From an uncultured Chthonomonadaceae bacterium (lineage in GTDB: Bacteria > Armatimonadota > Chthonomonadetes > Chthonomonadales > Chthonomonadaceae), in contig CAWIEK010000042.1 in the NCBI GenBank assembly GCA_963835065.1, forward strand, positions 32,001 to 96,000: a DNA stretch of 64,000 bases. Reading direction: 5' to 3'. A model generated the notes under the pieces. That model worked only from the letters and a program-made list of their open reading frames with translations, made no database searches and was not told the origin of the DNA. The position numbers and the translations under genes were made by a program. Below are positions 43,237 through 52,974 of the stretch, in pieces. Position 1 is the stretch's first letter. Each line of letters opens with the position of its first letter.

Positions 43237-44346
43237 TCAGACGATACGAAGTTCCTGCGCCGCGTCCGCGTTCAAAGACCGCCCGCCCTGTGCCGTCACG
43301 GTGACAATGTTTTCAATGCGAACGCCGAAACGCCCTTCCAAATAAATGCCCGGTTCTACGGAGAAACACATCCCCGGTTCCAAAACGGTTTGGACGCCCG
43401 TGTTTATGTCCGGCGGCTCGTGTCCCGACAGGCCGATGCCGTGTCCCGTCCGATGCACGAAATACGCGCCGTATCCCGCCTGCTCAATCACGCTCCGGGC
43501 AGCAATATCTACGGCTTCGCACGTCGCGCCGGGTTTAACCGCGTTTCGGGCCGCCCAATGCGCCTGATTGACAATCCCATACACCCGCTTCGCGTCCGGG
43601 TCGGAGGGTTCGCCAAACGCAACCGCGCGCGTAATGTCGGAGCAGTAATGGTTTGTGGTACAGCCAATGTCTATAATCACCATGTCGCCTTTTTTTAACT
43701 GCGTGGCTCCGCTGTCATGGTGCGGGCGGCTGGTATTCGCGCCAAAGCAGATCAGGGGCGAAAATGAGGGCTTCGAATTGTGGCGCTTGATGGCCGACAA
43801 CACAAACTCGGCAAGTTCCGCTTCCGTCATGCCTTCGCGCAGTTGGGCAACGGTTTCTTCAAAGATCGTGTCAATCAACTGCGCGGCGGTTTCCAAGTTT
43901 GCCAGTTCTGCATCAGTTTTTACGCCGCGCAGCAGGGCAAACGTGTTGCTGCCCGGTTTGCAGCGAAAGCCGGGAAATAGACTTTGCAGGCCAAGTAAAT
44001 GCGCGCTGGACAATTCATCGTCTATCAACACGCTTGCCTCAGCGGGCAGATTGTACCCGGCAAGCGCGTTTTGAACGGCAGGCTGCCATCCTGTCGCATC
44101 CGTCCAGCTCACTACCTGCGCCACGCCCGCCGGATTTTGGCGGGCGTGTTGAACATTCAATGAAGGCACGACAAACGCAGGGTCGCCCTGCACCGGCACG
44201 AACAACGCCAATAAGCGCTCATGCCCGCCCTCCACGTACCCGGTCAGGTAACGCATCTGGTTGGTAAACGACAGCACGGCAAGGTCGGCCTGCTGTTCCC
44301 GCATAATCGCTTGCAGCCGCGCAATCCGGCCTGCGTATTCGTTCAT
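43237..44346 (-). CDS. Xaa-Pro peptidase family protein (M24)
   Basis: Creatinase-like N domain; PHH, IDIG, YCSDITR, HRTGHGIG...HE, FSVEPGIY and GVRIE. Confidence 0.92.
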   Translation of the reverse strand: MNEYAGRIARLQAIMREQQADLAVLSFTNQMRYLTGYVEGGHERLLALFVPVQGDPAFVVPSLNVQHARQNPAGVAQVVSWTDATGWQPAVQNALAGYNLPAEASVLIDDELSSAHLLGLQSLFPGFRCKPGSNTFALLRGVKTDAELANLETAAQLIDTIFEETVAQLREGMTEAELAEFVLSAIKRHNSKPSFSPLICFGANTSRPHHDSGATQLKKGDMVIIDIGCTTNHYCSDITRAVAFGEPSDPDAKRVYGIVNQAHWAARNAVKPGATCEAVDIAARSVIEQAGYGAYFVHRTGHGIGLSGHEPPDINTGVQTVLEPGMCFSVEPGIYLEGRFGVRIENIVTVTAQGGRSLNADAAQELRIV

Positions 44347-44377
44347 CCTATGCTTCTCCTAATGTTATCAGTCACGT

Positions 44378-44995
44378 CAAGGGAGGGCGTCACGTCCAGT
44401 CAAGGGAGTAAACTCCCTCGCTACGCGCCTTCGGCGGATCGTCCTTCGGACGAGGTTTCCGGTTCAACTTCGTACATTTCGCAATCTTGTTCCAGACTGT
44501 TTTGCAGAGTTCCGTCTGCGTGATGCTGCTTCTGATTATGGATGTAGGCGATGACGCGCTTACGATGCCCCGGCGAAACGGAGATGGCTGCATAGTTGTC
44601 CTGCCAGCCGAACCATGCATCCGGTTTGAGCGTTTCCTGAACATAATGCGCGGAACCACTTTTGATTTCACGCATCAGATCGCTCACGCGAATGGTCGCC
44701 GGCAGGGTAAGCAGAAGATGAACGTGGTTTTCGATCCCGCCGATTGCCAGAATGTCGCACCCCTTACGGCGAGCTATAGCGGCGAAGTAGTCGTACAGGT
44801 TCGTTTCCATTTCAGGCGTGATCAGCGGCAGGCGATCCCGCGTCGCCCAAACCAGATGCAGCGTAATGGAAAGATAACTTCTGCGTCGAATCAACGCTTT
44901 TCCCGTTCTATAGGTATCCGCGTCCGAAGGACGATCCGCCGAAGGCGCGTAGCGAGGGAGTTTACTCCCTTGACTGGACGTGACGCCCTCCCTTG
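44378..44995 (-). mobile_element. Y1 HUH transposase element bounded by perfect 75-bp inverted repeats
   Basis: 44378-44452 is the exact reverse complement of 44921-44995; the repeats enclose tnpA. Confidence 0.85.
44421..44894 (-). CDS. tnpA: IS200/IS605-family (RAYT-like) tyrosine transposase
   Basis: LHLVWATRDR, ENHVHLL (HUH), IKSGS, WQDNY and YIHNQ (catalytic Tyr); TTG start assumed. Confidence 0.88.
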   Translation of the reverse strand: MIRRRSYLSITLHLVWATRDRLPLITPEMETNLYDYFAAIARRKGCDILAIGGIENHVHLLLTLPATIRVSDLMREIKSGSAHYVQETLKPDAWFGWQDNYAAISVSPGHRKRVIAYIHNQKQHHADGTLQNSLEQDCEMYEVEPETSSEGRSAEGA

Positions 44996-45006
44996 CTCCT
45001 CCTTGC

Positions 45007-46407
45007 CTACAGCCCCCGCTTCTTAACCGTCGTGCCCCCCACACCATCCCCAACCTCAAAGCCCATGCCAATCAATTGATTACGCAAATTGTCGGACTCG
45101 CTCCAGTTTTTGGCTTTGCGGGCGGCGTTGCGGGCTTCAATAAGCGCCAGCGCCTCGGCAGGCAGGGCTTCCTCTTGCGGGCAGGAGCGCTCGGCGATGT
45201 CCAATCCCAAAATCCGGTCAAACTCTATCCACAGGCGGTAACTGCCGTGCGCGTTGAGCAACCCCACCGCCTGCGGAACGCTCAAATCGTCGTTGAACGC
45301 CTCCAACACGCGCGCCCGCGCCGCCTGATACGCGGTTTCATCGTCTTTGAGCGGATCGTCGTCCGGGCAAAGCAGATAAAGGCGGCGTAACCCGGCGGCA
45401 GCGGCCTGCAATGCTTCTTCGCTGAACTTCAACTCGGAACGATAATGCGCTTGCAGGCAGAAGTAGCGATAAGCAATCGGATCGTAACCGGCGTCACTCA
45501 AAGATTGAAGCGTATTAAAGCCTTTGGACTTCGACATCTTTTCAAACTTATTGCCGTTTTCCGCAGTATCCTCTTGTTCCTTACGCATCAGCAGAAACTC
45601 GCCGTGCAGCCAGTAACGGGCAAAAAGCTGGTGCGTGGCGCACTCCGACTGCGCGATTTCGTTGGTATGATGCACGGGAATATGATCCACGCCGCCGCAG
45701 TGAATATCGAACGTTTCGCCCAGGTACTTCATGGACATGGCGGAACATTCGATATGCCAGCCCGGATAGCCCGGCCCCCAGGGACTTTCCCATTGCATCA
45801 CATGGTTCGGCTTGTTGAGAAACCACAGCATGAAGTCGGACGGATTGCGCTTGGTTTCATCCTCAATCACTTCCGAGCGCGTGGTTTGCTGGTTGGTCAG
45901 TTGCAGCCGCGCGAACTTGCCGTAATCCGGGAATTTGGCCGTGTCGAAATACACGCCTTCCGTCGTCTGATACGTAAAGCCGTTCGCCTCCAATTGCTGT
46001 ATCAGGGCGATCATCTCGACAATATGTTCCGTAGCGCGGGGCATGACTTCGGGTATTTCGATGTTCAGTCGCTTGAAGTCCCGAATCGCCGCTTCCTCAT
46101 AAAAGCGCGCGATTTCCCAGGGCGATTTCTGCTCGCGCTGCGACGCCTTCTGCATCTTGTCCTCGCCCGCGTCGGCGTCGCTGGTCATGTGCCCCACATC
46201 GGTTACGTTCTGGACATGCAGCAAGTCGTAGCCGTTGAACAGCAGAACGCGGCGCAGCACGTCCTCAAAAACATACGTGCGCAGGTTGCCGATATGCGCG
46301 TAATTGTAGACCGTCAAGCCGCAACAATACATGCGCGCCTTACCCGGTTCCAGGGGAACAAACTCCTGCTTGCTGCGCGTCATGGTGTTGAACAATTTGA
46401 TGGTCAT
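45007..46407 (-). CDS. cysS: cysteine--tRNA ligase
   Basis: YCCGLTVYNYAHIGN, GYPGWHIECSAM, DIHCGGVD...HH.NEIAQ and KMSKS. Confidence 0.98.
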   Translation of the reverse strand: MTIKLFNTMTRSKQEFVPLEPGKARMYCCGLTVYNYAHIGNLRTYVFEDVLRRVLLFNGYDLLHVQNVTDVGHMTSDADAGEDKMQKASQREQKSPWEIARFYEEAAIRDFKRLNIEIPEVMPRATEHIVEMIALIQQLEANGFTYQTTEGVYFDTAKFPDYGKFARLQLTNQQTTRSEVIEDETKRNPSDFMLWFLNKPNHVMQWESPWGPGYPGWHIECSAMSMKYLGETFDIHCGGVDHIPVHHTNEIAQSECATHQLFARYWLHGEFLLMRKEQEDTAENGNKFEKMSKSKGFNTLQSLSDAGYDPIAYRYFCLQAHYRSELKFSEEALQAAAAGLRRLYLLCPDDDPLKDDETAYQAARARVLEAFNDDLSVPQAVGLLNAHGSYRLWIEFDRILGLDIAERSCPQEEALPAEALALIEARNAARKAKNWSESDNLRNQLIGMGFEVGDGVGGTTVKKRGL

Positions 46408-46428
46408 AGCGAATTAATCTCCCGCGGA

Positions 46429-46540
46429 TTTAGGGTTTTAGGGTTTTAGGGTTTATAGGGTTTTAGGTGGGAGGAGTACAAGAGTTGACTAAGTAGGATG
46501 TTATCCTAACCACCTAAAACCTTAAAACCCTAAAACCCTA
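46429..46540. repeat. inverted pair of octamer tandem repeats (TTTTAGGG)n ... (CCCTAAAA)n
   Basis: 4-5 units at 46429-46467 and complementary units at 46513-46540. Confidence 0.8.
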
Positions 46541-46608
46541 CCCCTTGATTATACCTGACGGCGAACCCTCTGCCCTGTGTTCTCCGAAATGTGTTCGCCG
46601 TCCATTGT

Positions 46609-46739
46609 CTGGAACCATGATTGATGTGATTATGGTGATTAGCATGATGGCGCGATCCCGCCTGATTATCGTTCAAAGCGGAAGAATGAGCTTCCCAAAA
46701 TCATGGTAATCCTAAAAATCACATAAATCATGATTCCAG
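46609..46739. repeat. imperfect 40-bp inverted repeat built of 9-mer units
   Basis: CTGGAACCATGATTGATGTGATT... pairs with ...AATCACATAAATCATGATTCCAG. Confidence 0.7.
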
Positions 46740-46783
46740 GCAAATACGCAAACTTTCAGACGCACAGGCGCGTATGAAAAATG

Positions 46784-46816
46784 GTTAAGGTATCTAAACA
46801 ATTAAGTAACCTTAAT
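46784..46816. promoter_or_regulatory. tandem AT-rich palindromes, candidate MarR operator
   Basis: GTTAAGGTATCTAAAC and ATTAAGTAACCTTAAT (TTAAG-N4-CTTAA) upstream of an operon containing a MarR gene. Confidence 0.5.
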
Positions 46817-46919
46817 CAATGAGAAGCGTCTCATCTGAGTGAGGCAGCGAACACGACCCTTGCCGGTCGGCAATCACGCTGGAAATCTATTCTATTTTAC
46901 GATACATGACAAGGCAGCC

Positions 46920-48929
46920 ATGAAGCACATCTTGAGACTCGTTTACATCCTCGTTCCCATTGTCCTGCTTGGCGGGCTGATCGCGTGGCGGTTGGGCGCG
47001 AAAAAGAAGGAAACCCAACAGCGCAACCAGGCCGCTGCCGCCCGCAAAAACGCCGCGCCCGATGTGACGGTTGTTCCCGCAACCGTGCGCGACATCGTGC
47101 AAACCTATGAATCGGTGGGCAATGTCGAATCGCCCTTCAATGTCCGGCTTGCCGCCAAAATCACGGGGCGCGTGGACTATTTGCAGGTGCGCGAAGGCGC
47201 GCGCGTGACGCAGGGCGAAGTTTTGGTACGTATAGACCCGTCTGAAGTGGCGGCAACCGTCGCGCAGCAGCAGGCCAATGTCGCCGAAGCGCAGCAGCGA
47301 TTGGCGCAGGCGCAGCTGACCACCAATGCCACCAATGTCGGCGTTTCTTCCCAAATTGCGCAGCAGCGCGCTACGCAGGCCAGTTCGCAGGCCGATTACG
47401 CGCAGCAGCAGCAAAACTACGCTTCGCAGGTCGCCGCCGCCAATGCCGCCGTCACTGCCGCGCAGGGCGCTGTCACCAATGTCCGCTCCGCTATCCGCAA
47501 CGCCGAAGCCACCGTGCGCAGCGCGCAGGCCAATCTTAACAACGCGCAGGTTCGCTTGAACCGGACGCTGGATTTGTACAAGCAGGGCTTTGTGGCCGCG
47601 CAGGATGTGGACGACGCCCGCACCCAGGTCAGCGTACAACAGGGCGCGGTGGACGTGGCGCAGGGACAACTGGCGGGCGCGCAGGCGCAGTTAGGTTCCG
47701 CCCAGGCGCAATTGCAGTCCGCGCAGGAACAGGCCAGCATCGTCAGCGTCAAGGGCAAATCCGACATTGAAGCGGCGCGGCAAAAGGTGCTGCAAGCGCG
47801 GGCGGGCGTATCCCTCGCGGTTGCCAATAGATCGCAAACCCCGGCTTATCTTGCCAATATCCGCGCTTTGCAGGCCAGCGTCACCGCCGCGCAGGGACAA
47901 CTCCGCAACGCGCAGGCGCAACTGGAAAACACGGTGTTGCGCGCCCCCATGAACGGGGTTGTCACCATGCGCGGCGCGGACCCCGGCACGACCGTCATGG
48001 CGGGAACGCCCATCCTGACCATCGAGTTTTTGCAGCAGGTCTATGTCACCACGTCCATTCCCGAAGAAATCAGCCGTAATGTGCGCTATGGACAGACCGC
48101 GACGGCTGTGGTTGACGCCCTGCCCGGACGAACGTTTACGGGCAAAATCACGCAGGTAAACCCGGCAGCCGACCCGCAAAGCCGCCAGTTTACCGTTCGC
48201 CTGACCCTTGATAACCCGACCGGGCAACTCAAGCCGGGCATGTTCGCCCGCGTCACCTTCACCACGCAGCGCACCCCCCATGCACTGCAGATTCCCCGCG
48301 AAGCCGTGAAAAATGATCCCAAAACGCATGCGCAGGTCGTCACGATTGTGGATGCGGATGGCATCGCCCATATTCGCCCGGTAAAAACCGGCGTGAGCAG
48401 CGGCGCCAACCTTCAGATTCTCAACGGCCTGAAAGCCGGTGAAAACGTGGTCACACTGAGCCTTGCTCCGGTCAAAGACGGGCAAAAAGTGGTGGCGGTC
48501 GTGGCCGGGGAGAACGGCGCAACAGGGCGCGGCGCACAGGCAGGCGGGCCGGAAGCAGGAGCAGGCGGCGCGGGCGGTAATGCGAGCGCAAGCCCGGCGG
48601 CAAACGGAGCGCAGGGCGCGGGAGGAACCACGAGCGGCAACGCCGGCAGTGGCGCAGCCCTTGCAGGCGGAAACGCCGGGGGAGCCGGCACGGGCGCGCA
48701 GGGCACAGGCGGCCAACCGGCCACTTCCAGCGGGACCCCGGCGGAACAGAATGGAACCGGTTCGCTCGGACAAAGCGGGGCCAATGGCGGCTTTGGCGCG
48801 GCGGGCGGCAACGCGGCAAACGGCGGGCAGGGCGCGGCAGGCGGCTTCAGCGGCCCCAATGCAACCGGAGCGGGTTCCACCGGCGCAGCGACACCCGGAG
48901 GCGGAGCAGGTTCCGGCGGTTCCCGCTAA
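46920..48929 (+). CDS. RND efflux periplasmic adaptor subunit with Gly/Ala-rich tail
   Basis: N-terminal TM; G.V....VREG.RV.QGEVLVRID lipoyl half, long alpha hairpin, LRAPMNG and LKPGMFARV. Confidence 0.93.
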   Translation: MKHILRLVYILVPIVLLGGLIAWRLGAKKKETQQRNQAAAARKNAAPDVTVVPATVRDIVQTYESVGNVESPFNVRLAAKITGRVDYLQVREGARVTQGEVLVRIDPSEVAATVAQQQANVAEAQQRLAQAQLTTNATNVGVSSQIAQQRATQASSQADYAQQQQNYASQVAAANAAVTAAQGAVTNVRSAIRNAEATVRSAQANLNNAQVRLNRTLDLYKQGFVAAQDVDDARTQVSVQQGAVDVAQGQLAGAQAQLGSAQAQLQSAQEQASIVSVKGKSDIEAARQKVLQARAGVSLAVANRSQTPAYLANIRALQASVTAAQGQLRNAQAQLENTVLRAPMNGVVTMRGADPGTTVMAGTPILTIEFLQQVYVTTSIPEEISRNVRYGQTATAVVDALPGRTFTGKITQVNPAADPQSRQFTVRLTLDNPTGQLKPGMFARVTFTTQRTPHALQIPREAVKNDPKTHAQVVTIVDADGIAHIRPVKTGVSSGANLQILNGLKAGENVVTLSLAPVKDGQKVVAVVAGENGATGRGAQAGGPEAGAGGAGGNASASPAANGAQGAGGTTSGNAGSGAALAGGNAGGAGTGAQGTGGQPATSSGTPAEQNGTGSLGQSGANGGFGAAGGNAANGGQGAAGGFSGPNATGAGSTGAATPGGGAGSGGSR

Positions 48930-49012
48930 TCAATGTCATTTTCATCGCTTGTTAGAGTTGCGTGAGTTAACTGCCCCTGCGTAAACGCGCAGGGTATCCG
49001 GGATTTGATTTT

Positions 49013-52000
49013 ATGAACCTCGCAAAATTTTCTGTGACCCGCCCTGTTGCGGTGACAATGCGTATCGCGGCGCTGGTGCTGCTGGGCTTCGTATGTTTCT
49101 ACAAACTGCCCGTTGACCTTCTGCCCGCCGTGTCGCAGCCCACGGTCGCCGTCATTACGCAGTGGCCCAACGTCGCGCCCGAAGAACTCGAAACGCAGAT
49201 CACCCGGCCTATCGAGCAGGCGGTCAACAGCGCGCCCAACATCTACCAGGTCAGTTCCAGTACCGTAACCGGCGTGTCTACCGTGCGCGTCCAGTTCAAC
49301 TGGGGAACCGACATCGGGCAGGGCGCGGTGGACGTGCTGCAGCTTGTGGAGCGCGCCCGGCAGCGCTTTCCCACCGATCCCACGCTGCAAACGCCCATTG
49401 TCTACAAGTACGACCCCTCGCAGTTGCCGATTATGATTTACGGCGTATCCGGCGAGTCCGATCCGGTGAAACTGCGCACCCTGCTTGACAATACCATTTC
49501 GCCGATTATCTCCTCGGCCAATGGCGTGGCCTCTGCGGTTGCGACGGGCGGTGAGCAGCGCGCCCTCATCATTGACGTAGACCCCGACAAACTGCGCGCG
49601 TACCACCTGACGCTGACGCAGGTTTCCAACCGCATTATCGCGGAAAACATTGACCTGCCGGCGGGAATCGCCAAAGAAAGCAACACGGAGTACACCATCC
49701 GGGCGGAAGGCCAGTTCCTCAACCCGCAGGATGCCGCCAACATTCCCGTCGGCGTGTACAACGGGCAGATTGTGTCTCTCAGCCAGGTCGCCCACGTTTC
49801 GGACAGCCATCAGGAAACGCGCCTGTATACGCGTCTGAATGGAGCGCCCGCAGCCGGCATGATTATCGTCAAGCAGAGCGGCGCGAACACCGTTTCCACA
49901 GCGGACAATGTGCGCGAAAAACTCAAAACCGTTCAGCGGCTGTACCCGCAGTTGAAATGGCAGCTTGCCTACGAGCAGGCCAGCTTTATTCAGGCATCCG
50001 TAGACGATGTGAAAAACAGCGCGATTATCGGCGGCTCGCTTGCCATTATCATTCTGCTGTTCTTCCTGCGCAGTTTCCGCAGCACAATGGTTGTCGCGCT
50101 GTCCATTCCGATTTCCATTATTTCCACATTCAGCCTGTTTTACTTTTGCGGCTTTTCGCTGAATACCATCTCCCTGAGCGGCCTGTCGCTGGCAACCGGC
50201 CTGATCGTAGACGATGCAGTCGTTGTTCTGGAAAACATCTTCCGGCACATCGAGCGGGACAAATTGCCGCCTGCCGAAGCCGCTGTCACGGGCGCGCAGG
50301 AAATTACGGGCGCCGTCGTCGCGTCCACAATTACGGTTATGATCGTGTTCCTGCCCCTCCTCCTGCTCAAAGGACAGTCCGGGCAGTTGTTCACGCAGTT
50401 CGCCCTTGTGGTTATCTTCTCCATCGCTGTTTCGCTTCTGGATGCCACAACCGTCGTTCCCATGCTCGCGTCCCGCTTCATCAAGAGCGAAGAAATCGAA
50501 GCGGAACATCTGCGGCACGAACAGCATAGCAAGGGGTCAGGGGTCAGGGGTCAGGGGTCAGGGGAAAGCCCAACCACTAATCATCAATCACCAAAAACCG
50601 GTATTGTTACCCGCGTCTTCGACTGGTTTGGAGATCGGTTTGATGCGCTGGACGCTTCGTACCATCGCGGCTTGCAGTGGGGGCTGAAGCATCGGCTGTG
50701 GATCATTATCGGGGCGATTGGCATTACAACCTCCAGCTTCCTGCTTGTGCCTTACATTGGAACGGAGATACTGCCGCAAACCGACAGCGGCAACATCAAC
50801 GTGCTGATTAAATTGCCGGTCGGAACCGCGCTGACCGTGACCGATACGACAATGAAACAGGTGGAAGACACGCTGCTCAAAAACCCGAACGTGGAAACCG
50901 TGTTTGCGGTTGCCGGTTCCACATTGAGTCTGCGCGGAACGTCTACCGCGCTGACGGGCTATTACGGCGCGGCGACGGTTCGCCTGAAAGAGAATCGCAA
51001 GCAGACTACGCAGCAGGTCATCAACGACGTTCAAAAGAAGCTGGCGAAACTGCCGGGCGCGCGGGCGATTGTCACGCCTTACGATCTGGTCACGCAGATT
51101 CTGACGGGCGGCGCGCAAAACATGGAAGTGGATATTTACGGCGACGATTTGGCGCAGTTGTCGAATCTGTCGCGCGGCATACTGGCGCAAGCGCGGCAGA
51201 TTCCCGGCTTTGAAAGCGCTGACCTCAACGTGCAGGAGGCCACGCCGGAACTGCGCTGGAAGGTGGACCGGCAGAAAATGCTGCAGTTGGGCGTGTCGTT
51301 CTCCGACATCTCCGGCGCGCTGAACACATCCACGAACGGCACCCTGTCGAGTTATTATCAGGAAAACGGGTTCCAGTATCCCATTTATGTACAGGTTCCC
51401 GTCGGCCAGCGCAAGTCCATTCAGGAACTTTTGCGCCTGCCCATCACGCCAACGGCGCGAACCGGCAGCGCGGCAGTCGGCGCTGCCAATAGCAACCAGA
51501 CGATTGAACTGCGACAGGTCGCTCAGCCGATTTACGCTTTCGGCCCGAATGAGATCACGCGGCAAAACAACCAGCGCTACATCGCCATTACGGGTGTCGT
51601 GCAGGGTCGCCCGCAAAGCGAAGTGCAGGCGGAACTCATTACCCTGCTGAACAAGACGCAGTTCCCCACCGGCAACTACTGGACGCTGGGCATCAACCAG
51701 ACGCGGCAGGCGCAGGAGTTTTCGGGGCTTGGGGTTTCCATTCTGCTGGCGATTGCGCTGATTTACATGCTGCTGGCCGCGCAGTTTGAGTCCTTCGTGT
51801 ACCCGCTCACTATTCTGATGTCGGTTCCCCTCTGCGCTATCGGAGTCGTGCTGGCCCTGTTCCTGACAGGCCGCTCGTTTGGCTTGACCGCGTTCATCGG
51901 GCTGCTGCTGCTGATTGGCATCGTGGTTAAAAACGGCATTCTGCTGGTGGACTACACCAATCAATTGCGCGGACGCGGCTTGGAGCGGGATGAGGCCGTA

Positions 52001-52330
52001 TTAACGGCAAGCCCAACCCGCCTGCGGCCCATTTTAATGACATCCAGCGCGGCGATTCTGGGCATGATTCCGCTTGCCCTTGCGCTCGGCAAGGGTTCGG
52101 AAACGCAGGCGCCGCTCGCAACTGCGGTTATCGGCGGCCTGATAACTTCCACCGTACTGACGCTGTTCGTGGTTCCCGTCGTGTACACGCTATTCGACGA
52201 TCTGGGCCACCTGTTCAACAAGCGCAAGCAGGACAAAGCGGACGCAAAGAAAGCCGACGCTAATCCCGCTCCATCTGACAACCCTTCCGACGCGAAAACC
52301 GAATCGGAACAAACATCAGAAAATACATGA
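49013..52330 (+). CDS. RND efflux permease (AcrB/AcrD/AcrF family)
   Basis: RPVAV, LPVDLLP, GLIVDDAVVVLENI, GIVVKNGILLVD and RLRPILMT. Confidence 0.96.
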   Translation: MNLAKFSVTRPVAVTMRIAALVLLGFVCFYKLPVDLLPAVSQPTVAVITQWPNVAPEELETQITRPIEQAVNSAPNIYQVSSSTVTGVSTVRVQFNWGTDIGQGAVDVLQLVERARQRFPTDPTLQTPIVYKYDPSQLPIMIYGVSGESDPVKLRTLLDNTISPIISSANGVASAVATGGEQRALIIDVDPDKLRAYHLTLTQVSNRIIAENIDLPAGIAKESNTEYTIRAEGQFLNPQDAANIPVGVYNGQIVSLSQVAHVSDSHQETRLYTRLNGAPAAGMIIVKQSGANTVSTADNVREKLKTVQRLYPQLKWQLAYEQASFIQASVDDVKNSAIIGGSLAIIILLFFLRSFRSTMVVALSIPISIISTFSLFYFCGFSLNTISLSGLSLATGLIVDDAVVVLENIFRHIERDKLPPAEAAVTGAQEITGAVVASTITVMIVFLPLLLLKGQSGQLFTQFALVVIFSIAVSLLDATTVVPMLASRFIKSEEIEAEHLRHEQHSKGSGVRGQGSGESPTTNHQSPKTGIVTRVFDWFGDRFDALDASYHRGLQWGLKHRLWIIIGAIGITTSSFLLVPYIGTEILPQTDSGNINVLIKLPVGTALTVTDTTMKQVEDTLLKNPNVETVFAVAGSTLSLRGTSTALTGYYGAATVRLKENRKQTTQQVINDVQKKLAKLPGARAIVTPYDLVTQILTGGAQNMEVDIYGDDLAQLSNLSRGILAQARQIPGFESADLNVQEATPELRWKVDRQKMLQLGVSFSDISGALNTSTNGTLSSYYQENGFQYPIYVQVPVGQRKSIQELLRLPITPTARTGSAAVGAANSNQTIELRQVAQPIYAFGPNEITRQNNQRYIAITGVVQGRPQSEVQAELITLLNKTQFPTGNYWTLGINQTRQAQEFSGLGVSILLAIALIYMLLAAQFESFVYPLTILMSVPLCAIGVVLALFLTGRSFGLTAFIGLLLLIGIVVKNGILLVDYTNQLRGRGLERDEAVLTASPTRLRPILMTSSAAILGMIPLALALGKGSETQAPLATAVIGGLITSTVLTLFVVPVVYTLFDDLGHLFNKRKQDKADAKKADANPAPSDNPSDAKTESEQTSENT

Positions 52331-52833
52331 TGACCGAACAAGAGCGCGACAACGCAACAGATTTGCAGACGCAGGCGGAGCAGTTGGAAATGCTGCTGCC
52401 GCGCCTGATGCGCCGCCTGTTTTCGCTGCAGCCCGATCATCTGACAACGGAATTGCCCGTCGCGCAACTGCGCGTCTGCACCATTCTTCAGGCGGGGCCG
52501 CGTACTCTGTCGGCTATCAGCGATGAACTCGGTATTTCGGTCAGCGCCACCACGCAAATTGCGGACAGACTCGAAAAAGTCGCGCTTGTCGAGCGCATTT
52601 CCGGGCAGGATGATCGCCGCACCAAAAAACTTCAGCTTTCCGCGCATGGGCGCGAAATGATGCAGTCCCGGCGGCAATGGCGCACTCTGCGGGCCGCCAC
52701 TGTTTTAGAACAATTGTCTGCCGTCGAGCGCGACAACGTGATACAAGCCGTTCGCGCCCTGCTTGCCGCCGCCGATGCCGCCACGCCCACTGTCCGGCAC
52801 GATGACCCGACGAGCATGCGGCAGGAACAGTAG
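52327..52833 (+). CDS. MarR family transcriptional regulator
   Basis: QLRV..IL, winged HTH LSAISDELGISVSATTQIADRLEK and DDRRTK...LSAHG. Confidence 0.92.
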   Translation: MMTEQERDNATDLQTQAEQLEMLLPRLMRRLFSLQPDHLTTELPVAQLRVCTILQAGPRTLSAISDELGISVSATTQIADRLEKVALVERISGQDDRRTKKLQLSAHGREMMQSRRQWRTLRAATVLEQLSAVERDNVIQAVRALLAAADAATPTVRHDDPTSMRQEQ

Positions 52834-52838
52834 GAGAA

Positions 52839-52958
52839 GGGGTCAGGATTCAGGGGCCAGGGGTCAGGGAAGACTTTGATCCGGCGATTTAGTGTTGATA
52901 ATATTCAAATTGCAGGAAGGTGAACTTCCTGACCCCTGGCCCCTTAATCCTGACCCCT
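52839..52958. repeat. inverted pair of heptamer repeats (GGGGTCA)n ... (TGACCCC)n
   Basis: Units at 52839-52869 and 52928-52958. Confidence 0.75.
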
Positions 52959-52974
52959 ACCCAAAGGAGACTCC

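Noticed and set aside
44895..45071. N-terminal extension of TnpA in the ORF track (216 aa)
   Set aside because: It runs through the right inverted repeat and the cysS 3' end; transposase similarity begins near RRSYLSITLHLVW
46429..46540. Telomere-like TTTAGGG repeats suggesting eukaryotic contamination
   Set aside because: Only 4-5 imperfect units in an inverted pair between bacterial genes, matching the other local repeat palindromes
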